The notes beneath the pieces are model-generated. The model had not been told where the DNA came from. It was given only the letters and a program-made list of their open reading frames with translations, and searched no databases. The position numbers and the translations under genes were made by a program. DNA of 64,000 nucleotides from an uncultured Chitinophaga sp. (GTDB lineage: Bacteria > Bacteroidota > Bacteroidia > Chitinophagales > Chitinophagaceae), in the NCBI GenBank assembly GCA_964641575.1, contig CAZXMP010000006.1:1627-65626 (forward strand). The letters are read 5' to 3'. Shown here piece by piece: positions 18,233 through 28,334 of the stretch (position 1 is its first letter; each line of letters begins with the position of its first letter).

Positions 18233-19492
18233 ATGAGAAAAAGTTTACCTATTCTATCTCTCCTTTCTGCCACTTTATTAGCTTCTTCTTCTATCAACGC
18301 TCAGCAAACTGATCGTTTTGCTTATGCTGTTACGGATATGCAACAGCAGGGTGGCAACTGGAGTTTTTTACGAAAATTAAATCTGCAAACCGGCGAGTAT
18401 AGCCCTGTATTACTAAATGGTAACGATGCTTCACTGCTGGCCTATAATGCATCCACCAAAAAACAATTAACTGCCCCGGTTACGGATGCCATTTATGGTA
18501 GTGCCGCTAATGCTGCTTTTGGTACTGGTGTTGCCGCCATGGCATATGATAAGAAAAATAACCGTCTTTACTATACCCCCATGCTGGTAGACCAGTTACG
18601 TTACCTGGATCTAAAAACAATGAAGGTGTTTTATGTAACCGATCGTTCTTTTACCGGCAAGCCACAAAAATCTCCCGACCAGGGAAATATTGTCACCCGC
18701 ATGGTAATAGCATCTGATGGTAATGGTTATGCTATGACGAATGACGGAAGACAACTCATTCGTTTTACTACCGGAAAGAAAATGGAAATAACTGACCTTG
18801 GTTCGTTGGTGGATGATCCTGCTAACTCAGCTTCCATTCATAGTTCCTGCAGCAGCTTTGGTGGAGATATGATTGCTGATGATAATGGCAATCTCTTTGT
18901 TTTATCTGCCCGTAACCAGGTGTTCCAGGTAAATATTGAAACTAAAGTAGCAACTCATCTTGGTACTATAAAAGGATTACCTGCTAATTTTACTACCAAT
19001 GGTGCAGCAGTTAATGATGATAACAAAATCATTATTGGCTCTGCTACTCAATCGGCTTCTTACTTTGCGTTTGATTATAAAACATTAGAAGCTGTTCCTT
19101 ATCAAATAGCAGGTACTGTTTGGCAAAGTTCAGATTTAGCGAATAGTAATTTACTAATAACAAGCAGTAAAAAACCAGTTTCAGATCTAGCAATTACAGA
19201 TTTAAAAATGGCGGATGCAATTGTTGCGGATGGTAAAGTAAGCATCTTCCCTAACCCGGTTACCGATAACCAGTTTACTGTTCGTTTCAACAAATTGGAA
19301 GCAGGTAATTATATGTTACAAGTAACCGATGTAACAGGCCGCCAGGTATTACAACAAAGTATTAGCATTAATGGTGATAACCAGGCTCAGCGTATCAACC
19401 TTTCTGCTGCTACTTCAAAAGGAGTTTATTTAGTAAAGATTGCAGATGCACAAAGTAAAATAGTGTTTAACACAAAGATTGTTGTACAATAA
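18233..19492 (+). CDS. T9SS type-A secreted beta-propeller-like protein
   Basis: Signal peptide; repeated blade-like segments (GGDMIADDNGNLFV); IFPNPV...AGNYMLQV...GVYLVKI sorting domain. Confidence 0.85.
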   Translation: MRKSLPILSLLSATLLASSSINAQQTDRFAYAVTDMQQQGGNWSFLRKLNLQTGEYSPVLLNGNDASLLAYNASTKKQLTAPVTDAIYGSAANAAFGTGVAAMAYDKKNNRLYYTPMLVDQLRYLDLKTMKVFYVTDRSFTGKPQKSPDQGNIVTRMVIASDGNGYAMTNDGRQLIRFTTGKKMEITDLGSLVDDPANSASIHSSCSSFGGDMIADDNGNLFVLSARNQVFQVNIETKVATHLGTIKGLPANFTTNGAAVNDDNKIIIGSATQSASYFAFDYKTLEAVPYQIAGTVWQSSDLANSNLLITSSKKPVSDLAITDLKMADAIVADGKVSIFPNPVTDNQFTVRFNKLEAGNYMLQVTDVTGRQVLQQSISINGDNQAQRINLSAATSKGVYLVKIADAQSKIVFNTKIVVQ

Positions 19493-19513
19493 ACAATGTC
19501 CCGTCACAACAAC

Positions 19514-19546
19514 AACCCGTTTTGCGAAAGTAAAGCGGGTTTTTTT
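19514..19546 (+). terminator. Intrinsic terminator
   Basis: AACCCGTTTT-gcgaaagt-AAAGCGGGTT plus T run. Confidence 0.75.
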
Positions 19547-19642
19547 GCACCATTGCTTAAAAGGACAATCGGCCTCCGATTAGGTATATTTGCATTTTCC
19601 GCCCTGTTTTATGAGCGGATAACCATTTTATAAATTTCAGTT

Positions 19643-20644
19643 TTGGAGAAAAGTAACTTTGTTGACCAGATAAGAATTTTTTGCCGCAGTGGTCATGGTG
19701 GTGCAGGCAGCAAGCATTTTGTACGCAATAAATTTACCGCCATGGGTGGCCCTGATGGTGGTGATGGTGGAAGAGGTGCACATATTATTTTAAGAGGTAA
19801 CAGTAACCTTTGGACATTACTTCATCTCCGTTATTATAAAAATGTATTGGCCGAAAACGGTGAAGGCGGCAGCAGCAACAATAGCAGTGGCCGTGCCGGT
19901 AAAGATGTTATTATAGATGTACCGCTGGGTACAATTGCAAGAGATGAAGAAACCGGCAACCAGGAAGTAGAAATATTAGAAGACGGGCAAGAAGTAGTTT
20001 GGATTCCTGGTGGAAGAGGCGGTCTTGGCAATGCTAATTTTGCAACTTCCACTAATCAGGCTCCTGAACATGCACAACCCGGTGAACCGGGATTGGAAGG
20101 TTGGAAAGTATTGGAATTAAAAGTATTGGCGGATGTGGGATTAGTTGGATTTCCAAATGCGGGTAAATCAACATTGCTATCAGTTATTACTGCAGCTAAG
20201 CCAAAAATTGCTGACTATGCATTTACTACCATTACTCCTAATCTTGGTATTGTAGAATACAGAGAAGGTAAAAGTTTTTGTATTGCCGATTTACCGGGTA
20301 TTATAGAAGGTGCCGCAGAAGGCAAAGGTTTAGGCCATCGTTTTCTTCGTCATATAGAACGAAATTCAATATTGTTATTTCTTATTCCGGCTGACAGCGA
20401 CAATCATAAAAAAGAATTTGACATATTGTTGAATGAACTGGAGCAGTTCAATCCTGAATTATTGAATAAGCAATTTATTATTGCGATCAGTAAAAGCGAT
20501 ATGCTGGATGATGAGTTGAAAGCAGCTATTGAAGCTGAGTTGCCAGAAAACATTCCGCATCTTTTCATTTCGTCATTGACCAATAAAGGATTGACAGAAT
20601 TAAAAGACCTGTTATGGAAAGTGTTGAACCAACCTGTTGAGTAA
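19643..20644 (+). CDS. obgE: GTPase ObgE/CgtA
   Basis: [11 protein letters not shown] Obg fold, [20 protein letters not shown] start; TATATTTG box at 19585-19592. Confidence 0.97.
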   Translation: MEKSNFVDQIRIFCRSGHGGAGSKHFVRNKFTAMGGPDGGDGGRGAHIILRGNSNLWTLLHLRYYKNVLAENGEGGSSNNSSGRAGKDVIIDVPLGTIARDEETGNQEVEILEDGQEVVWIPGGRGGLGNANFATSTNQAPEHAQPGEPGLEGWKVLELKVLADVGLVGFPNAGKSTLLSVITAAKPKIADYAFTTITPNLGIVEYREGKSFCIADLPGIIEGAAEGKGLGHRFLRHIERNSILLFLIPADSDNHKKEFDILLNELEQFNPELLNKQFIIAISKSDMLDDELKAAIEAELPENIPHLFISSLTNKGLTELKDLLWKVLNQPVE

Positions 20645-20648
20645 ACTC

Positions 20649-20825
20649 ATGCAATCACAAACCTGTTTATTCTGCGGTCATACGGTTGAAATGGTACATG
20701 TACATGGCCATTACCAATGTCCTGTTTGTTATACGAATTGTTTACCCTGTTGTGATGGCGACAATTGCGAAACAAATAATTTGTTAGAAACAAATCATGT
20801 GTCTGACAAAGAACATAAACAGTAA
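20649..20825 (+). CDS. Small Cys/His-rich, probably zinc-binding protein
   Basis: CxxC...HxHGHxxCxxC...CxxCC...C pattern; start follows the obgE stop. Confidence 0.6.
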   Translation: MQSQTCLFCGHTVEMVHVHGHYQCPVCYTNCLPCCDGDNCETNNLLETNHVSDKEHKQ

Positions 20826-20828
20826 CTT

Positions 20829-22178
20829 TTAATAAGCTCTTCCTACTGTATCGCAAGCGGCTTTCAATAATGAGTTTACATCCGTAGCATCCTGCCATTT
20901 TTCCCAAAGCATAACCCCATTAGCAATATCTTTTGCCAATTTTGCTTTTCGCTTAATGGTATACTGTCCGTTATAATAAATAGTATAGCTGGTAAATGCT
21001 CCGGCTGTTACAACCGCCGAATCATATTGCGGATTGGCACCCTGTGCTAAAATAGATTTATAGGTTAGTACAGTGCCGCTTTGTGTAATACCCGATGGTC
21101 GTCCATAAGCAGGTAAGCCAAGTACTGCTTTGGAGGCAGGCATTCCTCTGGTGGTTAACCAATAGTTTAAACAGGTTGTAGCTAATGCATAATCACTATG
21201 GTGTTTGTAAGGAACTGTTGTATTAAAATCATCATAAGCCATGATATTAAAGAAATCTACATAAGGAAAAATTTCATTGCGTACTGCATCCCTTATACCT
21301 CCTGCATACTTACCGGCAGTAATTGCAGATGATAAATAATATTTTGCATCCCGGTGCAGTGAATCAGACAATTCTTTCATCAATAAGGTAAATGTCAGGT
21401 CTGTACCATCCGTAGTAGTTGGAAATTCCCAATCCATATCCACTCCATCAAAATTATATTGCCGCACTTTGGCCATCACATCTTTTATAAAAGTATTTCT
21501 TCCTGCTGCTGTGGCAGCCATAGCTTTAAAATTTGTTTTTCCATCACCACTGCCATCATTAATTCCTACAAATACTTTTGCATTATTGGCTCTTGCCTTT
21601 GTTATCACTGCATCCAAAGTAGCCGGGCTGTTTACCGTCAACGTACCAGCGGTATTAACGCCAAAGAAAGCATACACTATAACATTCGTCATTCTGAATT
21701 TTACATCCGGCACATCTGCAGGATTTCTGTACGAAGGAAAATAGCCAACAACATAATAGCCAAATGGTGCAGGCGCCTGTATAACTATATATGTAAATGA
21801 TGTAACTGTAGTAGCACATCCGGTAGCATTACCCGCTGCATTTTTGGGTTGTACATACCAGTAGTACGTAGCATTTGCTGTAGCAGGTATGGTATAGTTT
21901 AATGTAGTTCCACTATGATTAGCCGCAACAACAACTGTTGGAGTACTTGTAGTACCCAGATATACATCATAACCGGTAGCCCCGCTTACTGTGCTCCATG
22001 AAAGTGTTACGGAAGTATTCGTAGCAAAACTACCATTTGCAGGAGCAGTATTGCTTGCACAACCCGGCAAAGGCGGAGGCGGTGGTGGCGGAGGAGCAGT
22101 AGTACCACCATTTTTACTACAAGAGTTAATAACTAAAGCTATAACTAACAGGTACAGGATAATTTTGGTACGACTCAT
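20829..22178 (-). CDS. Lipoprotein GH18 chitinase-like hydrolase with Fn3/Ig-like module
   Basis: Lipobox (INSC), poly-Pro linker, intact FDGVDMDWE catalytic motif, IMAYD. Confidence 0.88.
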   Translation of the reverse strand: MSRTKIILYLLVIALVINSCSKNGGTTAPPPPPPPPLPGCASNTAPANGSFATNTSVTLSWSTVSGATGYDVYLGTTSTPTVVVAANHSGTTLNYTIPATANATYYWYVQPKNAAGNATGCATTVTSFTYIVIQAPAPFGYYVVGYFPSYRNPADVPDVKFRMTNVIVYAFFGVNTAGTLTVNSPATLDAVITKARANNAKVFVGINDGSGDGKTNFKAMAATAAGRNTFIKDVMAKVRQYNFDGVDMDWEFPTTTDGTDLTFTLLMKELSDSLHRDAKYYLSSAITAGKYAGGIRDAVRNEIFPYVDFFNIMAYDDFNTTVPYKHHSDYALATTCLNYWLTTRGMPASKAVLGLPAYGRPSGITQSGTVLTYKSILAQGANPQYDSAVVTAGAFTSYTIYYNGQYTIKRKAKLAKDIANGVMLWEKWQDATDVNSLLKAACDTVGRAY

Positions 22179-22275
22179 ACAGCTGATTGAAGCAACAATA
22201 TACTAAACCCAACCATTGTATTCATTTTGGCTACACTTATTTTTTACAGTAGGTTTGTCGCCTAAATTTTTTTGT

Positions 22276-24441
22276 ATGAAGAAGTTTTTGCTAATGATTG
22301 TTCTCTCGGTAGGATTATTCTTTAAATCTTTTGCCGATGAAGGTATGTGGCTTCCTTTGCTGCTCGGCCAGCAAGTGTATAATGACATGGTGAAAAAAGG
22401 ATTAAAGCTCACCAAAGACCAGTTGTATAATATTAACAAAGCATCGTTGAAAGATGCGATCATTATTTTTGGTGGCGGCTGCACCGGCGAAATTGTAAGT
22501 GCAGAAGGTTTGATATTTACCAATCACCACTGCGGCTATGATGCCATTGCCAATGCAAGCACGGTAGAACAAAACTATTTGCAAAATGGTTTTTATGCTA
22601 AAAACAAAGGAGAAGAAATTCCTACTACTCTTTCTGTTCAATTTCTGTTACGCATTGATGATGTAACCAAAGAAGTACTTGATTCTTTACAAGGATTGAG
22701 TGGAACTGAAAGATTACAAAAACAAGCCGCTGTTTTAGCGGCCATTAATAAAAGATTGAGTGATGCGAATCTGAATATTGAAACAAGAGTAAGTTCATTA
22801 TTTAAAGGCAACCAATTTCTGGCATTTGTTTATCAGCGTTATACTGATGTTCGTTTAGTTGGAACCCCTCCGGAAAGTGTAGGAAAATTTGGTGGTGATA
22901 CAGACAACTGGGAATGGCCACGTCACACTGGTGATTTTTCTGTGTTCCGTGTATATGCTGATGCCAATGGTAAACCAGCAAAATATGCAGCTGCCAATGT
23001 ACCAATGAAACCAAAATGGTATTTACCTGTCTCATTAAAGCCGTTAAAAGATGGTGACTTCGCTATGATATGGGGTTACCCAGGCGGTACAAACCGTTAT
23101 GAAAGTTCTTACGGCATTGCGTTAGCAACTGATATTAATAATCCCACATTGGTAAAATTGCGTGATGCCCGGTTGAAATATATGTTTGAAGAAATGAAGA
23201 AAGATCCGGCAGTGAAATTACAATTATCATCTTCCTATGCAGGCATTGCTAACTACTGGAAATTTTTTGACGGCGAAACCAAACAGTTATTAAAATATGA
23301 TGTGTTGGGTCAAAAGAAAAAAGCAGAAGAAAAATTCAATGCATGGGCCGCTAATAAACCAGAATACAAAAATCTTTTTGCAGACTGGGGCAAAGCATAT
23401 GATGCCTGGAAACCCTATGCAAAATTGCGCCAGTACATGAATGAAGGGGTAGCTGGTTCTCCGCTACTTTCATTTGCTGCTTCCTTATTACAAGTAGAAG
23501 CTGCTATGGTAAAAACAGGCAGCACCCAGGCTGATGTAAGAAAAGCAGTTGATGCGGCTGATAAACAACGGATGGCTTTTTTAGAAGGAGAAAATAAAGT
23601 GTCCGATCAAAATATTGTGGCGGCCGTTACAAAAATGTTTTATGATGATGTAAATAAGGACCAGCATCCCGTTGGTTTTTATGGTACTTTAAAAAATATA
23701 TACGGTCCGTTGGATGATGATGCTACTTATAAGAAATATGCAGCGGATATGTTCAGCAAAACAATGATTTTTGATGATGCCAAATGGAAGGCTTTTGTAG
23801 CTAACCCGGATGCATTAACCTTACAAGGCGACCCGGCCTTTGCACATGCCAGCACATTTTTTACCAGCTATAATAGTAAGTATGCCACTTATTTTCAGCA
23901 GTTCAATGCAAAGAATGCAGAGTTTGGAAGATTATATTTAAAAGGCATTATGGAAATGGATCCTGCCAAAGCAAAGATGATGTACCCGGATGCTACATTT
24001 ACGATGCGGGTAAGTTATGGTGCCGTAAAATCATATCGTCCCAGGGATGCGGTGTTTTATGATTACGTAACCACTTCTAAAGGATTGCTGGAAAAATACA
24101 AGGCCGGCGACTATGAATTTGATCTGCCAGCCAAACAAATTGAGTTGCTGAAGAAAAAAGATTTCGGCCAGTATATGGACCCAACAAGAAAAGACCTGGT
24201 GATTGGCTTTATTACCACCAATGATATTACGGGTGGCAATTCTGGTTCACCGGTTATAAATGGTAAAGGCGAGTTGATTGGATTAGCTTTCGATGGCAAC
24301 TACGAAGCCCTTAGCCATAAATTAGCTTTTGATAAAGACCTTAACCGTACTATCTGTGTTGACATTCGCTATGTATTATGGTGTATTGACAAATTAGGCG
24401 GCGGTTCTAATATTATTAAAGAATTGAAGTTGGTGAAATAA
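22276..24441 (+). CDS. S46-family dipeptidyl peptidase (DPP7/DPP11-like)
   Basis: ADEGMW, TNHHCG, NWEWPRHTGDFS, DITGGNSGSP. Start ATG 22276. Confidence 0.93.
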   Translation: MKKFLLMIVLSVGLFFKSFADEGMWLPLLLGQQVYNDMVKKGLKLTKDQLYNINKASLKDAIIIFGGGCTGEIVSAEGLIFTNHHCGYDAIANASTVEQNYLQNGFYAKNKGEEIPTTLSVQFLLRIDDVTKEVLDSLQGLSGTERLQKQAAVLAAINKRLSDANLNIETRVSSLFKGNQFLAFVYQRYTDVRLVGTPPESVGKFGGDTDNWEWPRHTGDFSVFRVYADANGKPAKYAAANVPMKPKWYLPVSLKPLKDGDFAMIWGYPGGTNRYESSYGIALATDINNPTLVKLRDARLKYMFEEMKKDPAVKLQLSSSYAGIANYWKFFDGETKQLLKYDVLGQKKKAEEKFNAWAANKPEYKNLFADWGKAYDAWKPYAKLRQYMNEGVAGSPLLSFAASLLQVEAAMVKTGSTQADVRKAVDAADKQRMAFLEGENKVSDQNIVAAVTKMFYDDVNKDQHPVGFYGTLKNIYGPLDDDATYKKYAADMFSKTMIFDDAKWKAFVANPDALTLQGDPAFAHASTFFTSYNSKYATYFQQFNAKNAEFGRLYLKGIMEMDPAKAKMMYPDATFTMRVSYGAVKSYRPRDAVFYDYVTTSKGLLEKYKAGDYEFDLPAKQIELLKKKDFGQYMDPTRKDLVIGFITTNDITGGNSGSPVINGKGELIGLAFDGNYEALSHKLAFDKDLNRTICVDIRYVLWCIDKLGGGSNIIKELKLVK

Positions 24442-24457
24442 ATAAGTCATCGTTACT

Positions 24458-24496
24458 GAAAGCCATCCTGTACAAATCAGGGTGGCTTTCTTATTT
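24458..24496 (+). terminator. Intrinsic terminator
   Basis: GAAAGCCATCCTG-tacaaat-CAGGGTGGCTTTC. Confidence 0.8.
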
Positions 24497-24539
24497 TACC
24501 CATAAATTATTTGCTTAACATTGCAGAACAGTTTCTTTT

Positions 24540-25208
24540 TTGAAAAAACAAATCACCATATCTGTTATACTTGTTCTGATCATTGGAAATGCTTTCGCCC
24601 AGTTTCCGCAAGTCAGCATTGCTACAGATGTAAGCCTGCAACGCAATTTTAAGAAAGAACAACAATACACTTCTATCGGGCAAACCATCAATGCCATTTT
24701 ACACCTTACCGGTAAAGATGCGGTGTATACCAACTTCAATTACTACTCTAATGGCAAGTTTAAAAATGATGTAACAGCTACTGCAAAATCACTCCTTACT
24801 ATTCCGCAGCAAATAAATTATGTGAACAGTGGAAAGATGCGGTTGAAGCATTTTTCTATTGGCTATAGAAAATATTTAAAAGGCAGTGCGGATGCAGAAA
24901 AAGACTGGAATGTGTATGCCAATGCAGGACTTGGAATAATATTGGGCCGAATTGAAAACACTCACTCTGTTACTATAGATACTTCTTTATACAATGTGCC
25001 TGTTTATAGCGGCAGAGCCAATTTTAAAAGACTAACACTTGACCTTGCAGTAGGCTGGGAAATACCTATGGGCGGCGATTTCTTTTTTTATACTGAAGGA
25101 AGAGTGTGGGTACCTACTACTGACTACCCAAGCAACTATATTTTTGTAAATGAAAATGCTCCCTTTGTTGGCATGTTAAACCTGGGGCTTCGCATATTTT
25201 TCAATTAA
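24540..25208 (+). CDS. Outer-membrane beta-barrel-like protein
   Basis: Signal peptide, alternating amphipathic strands, C-terminal NLGLRIFF(N). Confidence 0.65.
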   Translation: MKKQITISVILVLIIGNAFAQFPQVSIATDVSLQRNFKKEQQYTSIGQTINAILHLTGKDAVYTNFNYYSNGKFKNDVTATAKSLLTIPQQINYVNSGKMRLKHFSIGYRKYLKGSADAEKDWNVYANAGLGIILGRIENTHSVTIDTSLYNVPVYSGRANFKRLTLDLAVGWEIPMGGDFFFYTEGRVWVPTTDYPSNYIFVNENAPFVGMLNLGLRIFFN

Positions 25209-25213
25209 CCGGC

Positions 25214-25750
25214 TTAAGGAATTTTTAAATCAAAGCGACCTTCGCTTACCGTAATTTGGTTGGATGGGTTTGCAATATCAGCAGCCGTAAACTGAAAAGT
25301 TCCTGCTATTATTCTTGTTACTAAATCAACTTTAGTAATGGTAACAGAACCGGTATGAGTAGTTGAGGTGATCCATTGATTAAGTGGCGTCAATCTTCTT
25401 TTTATATAATAGCCATAGCTGGCTGTAGTAGAAGGATACGACACATTGGTATTTAAAAGATAAGTGCCTGGTGCCGTTACACCTTTCAGAAAAAATTCAA
25501 ATTCCGTTTCAGTTGGAGAAGTTGCAAAGTTGCGGGCATGTATATAATAATCTTGTCCGCCCAGTATTCTTACTTCCGTTATGCTATTGGCATTAATAGG
25601 ACCAAATGCTTTCGGCACCCAAAACGTTCCATCTACATTTGCTCCAAAGGTATTAGCACCCGTTTGTGTGGCGGCGGGCAATTCTTCTACTTCTTTATTA
25701 CAGGAGGCAAACAAAAAAATGGATAAGCAAGCGGTAAGAAAATTTTTCAT
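25214..25750 (-). CDS. Lipoprotein (DUF6252-like)
   Basis: Lipobox LFASC; LPAATQTGANTFGANVDG...ITKVD...IAGTF...SEGRFD. Start ATG 25750. Confidence 0.65.
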   Translation of the reverse strand: MKNFLTACLSIFLFASCNKEVEELPAATQTGANTFGANVDGTFWVPKAFGPINANSITEVRILGGQDYYIHARNFATSPTETEFEFFLKGVTAPGTYLLNTNVSYPSTTASYGYYIKRRLTPLNQWITSTTHTGSVTITKVDLVTRIIAGTFQFTAADIANPSNQITVSEGRFDLKIP

Positions 25751-25912
25751 AATAATGGATTCGATGGTATCAGAATATATAAACGATTTTTTTGAGCTTT
25801 TCGTATAACCAAGGCTAATTGTCAAAAACAAGGCCAGAATAGGGTAAAAGCTCATTCAACAGTCTGACAGTTATTAAGTTTGGTATTATCTTTAACGTCT
25901 TATTATCACCAC

Positions 25913-27028
25913 ATGAGCAAAACAGTTACCATTCAATCAGTAGAGTTATATAAATTATCTATTCCGCTTATTGAGCCTTTTATTACTTCATTAGGTACAG
26001 ATGAAGCCGCCGAGAATGTTGTAGTAAAAATATTTACCAACGAAGGCATTATAGGTTTTGGCGAATGCAGTCCGTATATGCCGATCAACGGGGAGAGCCA
26101 GGCCAGTTGTTTTATTACAGGCCAATATTTTGCCAAAGCATTAAAAGGAAAAAATGCATTGGATATTGAAGGCTGTATTGAATTGATGGACTCAATCATA
26201 TACGCCAATACCAGTATCAAAAGTGCATTTGATATGGCTTTGTATGATATTGCTTCGCAACATGCGGGAATGCCACTGTATAAATTTTTAGGTGGCGATA
26301 ATACTAAAACGATCATTACAGATTATACCGTTAGCATTGGCGAACCAGAAAAAATGGCGGCGGATGCAGTTAAAATAAAAAACCAGGGCTACCCTGCTAT
26401 AAAAATTAAGTTGGGTAAAAACGGAAAGAAGGATGTAGAAAGAATAAGAGCTATCCGCAAAGCAGTAGGCAATGAAATACCATTACGTATTGATGCTAAC
26501 CAGGGATGGAAAGTTAATGAAGCGATTGAAACATTAAAGGCTTTGCAGGAGTTTGACATACAACATTGCGAAGAACCGATTGCCCGCTGGAAATTTATGA
26601 AGTTGAAAAAAGTAAAGAAGAACAGTCCTATTCCTATTATGGCAGATGAATGTTGTGGTGATGAGCATGATGCCGAACGATTGATTGAATTAGGGGCTTG
26701 TGATTATTTTAATATAAAACTCGGAAAGTCCGGCGGTATTTTTAAAGGATTAAAAATGGTGCGGATGGCAGAAGCTGCTAATATTCATTTGCAGGTTGGT
26801 GCGATGATCGAATCCCGGTTAGCAATGACCGCTTTTGCACATTTCTCTTTATGCAGCCCCTTAATAGAACATTTTGATTTTGATACGGCACTTATGTTCA
26901 GAGAAGACCCCGTAACCGGTGGCATACAATATAAAGCTAATGGTGTGATAGAAGTACCGGAAGTAGCCGGGCTTGGTGCTACTATTGATGAAGGGTGGTT
27001 GAGTAAGATGGAGAAAGTGGTTGTTTAA
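25913..27028 (+). CDS. Dipeptide epimerase (L-Ala-D/L-Glu epimerase-like, enolase superfamily)
   Basis: GFGECSP, IKIK, IDANQGW, EEP, ADE, NIKLGKSGG. Start ATG 25913. Confidence 0.88.
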   Translation: MSKTVTIQSVELYKLSIPLIEPFITSLGTDEAAENVVVKIFTNEGIIGFGECSPYMPINGESQASCFITGQYFAKALKGKNALDIEGCIELMDSIIYANTSIKSAFDMALYDIASQHAGMPLYKFLGGDNTKTIITDYTVSIGEPEKMAADAVKIKNQGYPAIKIKLGKNGKKDVERIRAIRKAVGNEIPLRIDANQGWKVNEAIETLKALQEFDIQHCEEPIARWKFMKLKKVKKNSPIPIMADECCGDEHDAERLIELGACDYFNIKLGKSGGIFKGLKMVRMAEAANIHLQVGAMIESRLAMTAFAHFSLCSPLIEHFDFDTALMFREDPVTGGIQYKANGVIEVPEVAGLGATIDEGWLSKMEKVVV

Positions 27029-27170
27029 ACACCTGTTGACTGATTTGTATTGTCGCAACTTTTGGGTGTGGTTACAATCCTTGCATAAATACAGTTAACA
27101 AATTGTAAATCAAGTTGACAGTACTGCATTACTCAAAAATTAAAAGCTTCGTATATTCGAAAATACATAC

Positions 27171-28273
27171 GTTAGCAGCCATTAAACAGCATTACAATGA
27201 TACCAACCTACGAACAAATAATGTTACCTCTTTTGAAGTTCTTAAGTGACAAGCAAGAACATTCACTCCAGGAGGCGCATGATATTTTAGCCAATCAATT
27301 TAGTTTAACAGAGGATGAACAAAGGGAATTATTACCTAGTGGTCAACAGCCAATATTTAGAAATAGACTTGGTTGGGCGAGAACATATATGAGTAAAGCC
27401 TGTTTGCTTGAATCAACCAAAAGAGCTCATTTTAAAATTACCGACCGAGGCCTTTCTTTACTAAATGAAAACCCATTAGAAATAACAGCCGAATATCTTT
27501 ATAGATATCCGGAATTTGTAGAATTTAAATTATTTCGCAAGCCTAAGGATGACAATGCTTCTATAGATTTCAATCCACCTGCAGAATATAAAGAAATTGA
27601 AAGCAATATAACCCCTGAAGAAACTTTGGAGTATGCTTTTCAAAAATTACGATCCGAATTAGCCAAAGATGTTTTAGATGTAGTAAAAAGTTGTTCTCCG
27701 GCTTTTTTTGAAAAACTAGTTGTTGACCTATTAATTAAAATGGGATATGGCGGTTCTAGAAAAGATGCAGGACAGGCACTTGGTAAATCTGGGGATGGTG
27801 GAATTGATGGAATTATCAAAGAAGATAAACTCGGTCTTGATACTATTTACATTCAAGCAAAAAAATGGGAAAACAGTGTCCCAGTAAAAGAAATTAGAGA
27901 TTTTACAGGAGCATTAGCGTCAAAAAAGGCAAGGAAAGGAATATTCATCACAACATCATCATTCCCTCAAAGTGTTTATGAATTTGTAACTCAAGTTGAA
28001 TATAAAATTGTTCTAATTGACGGCGCCCAACTGGCTTATTTTATGATTGAAAACAATGTCGGATTATCAACAACAAATGAGTATCAAATAAAAAAAATTG
28101 ACACAGACTACTTTGAGGAAAATTAACGGCTGCTAACAAAAGGTTTTGTGCAATTGGGGCATGATGTTGCAGCAATCATCGGCAGTGTGTCTTTTCCTGA
28201 AATAGGTTGACAGTAAATCAACCAAAATGGACATCAGAAATATCCGGCCTGCTGCACAACCTGTACGTTTATG
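27171..28273 (+). mobile_element. Integron-like gene cassette carrying mrr (candidate)
   Basis: GTTAGCAGCCATTAA (27171-27185) and TTAACGGCTGCTAAC (28123-28137) are inverted repeats (14/15). An imperfect ~140-nt hairpin follows and ends at GTT (28267). Confidence 0.55.
27197..28126 (+). CDS. mrr: Mrr type IV restriction endonuclease
   Basis: Mrr_N (LLPSGQQPIFRNRLGWARTYM) and catalytic GKSGDGGIDGII...IQAKKW. Confidence 0.93.
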   Translation: MIPTYEQIMLPLLKFLSDKQEHSLQEAHDILANQFSLTEDEQRELLPSGQQPIFRNRLGWARTYMSKACLLESTKRAHFKITDRGLSLLNENPLEITAEYLYRYPEFVEFKLFRKPKDDNASIDFNPPAEYKEIESNITPEETLEYAFQKLRSELAKDVLDVVKSCSPAFFEKLVVDLLIKMGYGGSRKDAGQALGKSGDGGIDGIIKEDKLGLDTIYIQAKKWENSVPVKEIRDFTGALASKKARKGIFITTSSFPQSVYEFVTQVEYKIVLIDGAQLAYFMIENNVGLSTTNEYQIKKIDTDYFEEN

Positions 28274-28334
28274 GTAATTGCAGAGCTACATTCAAACCAA
28301 CAAATAGATAAAAACCTCAATGACAATTTGAACA

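Noticed and set aside
22070-22095. GGC/GGT repeat as a contingency locus
   Set aside because: Mixed-codon poly-Pro linker in the GH18 lipoprotein; triplet changes would not shift the frame.
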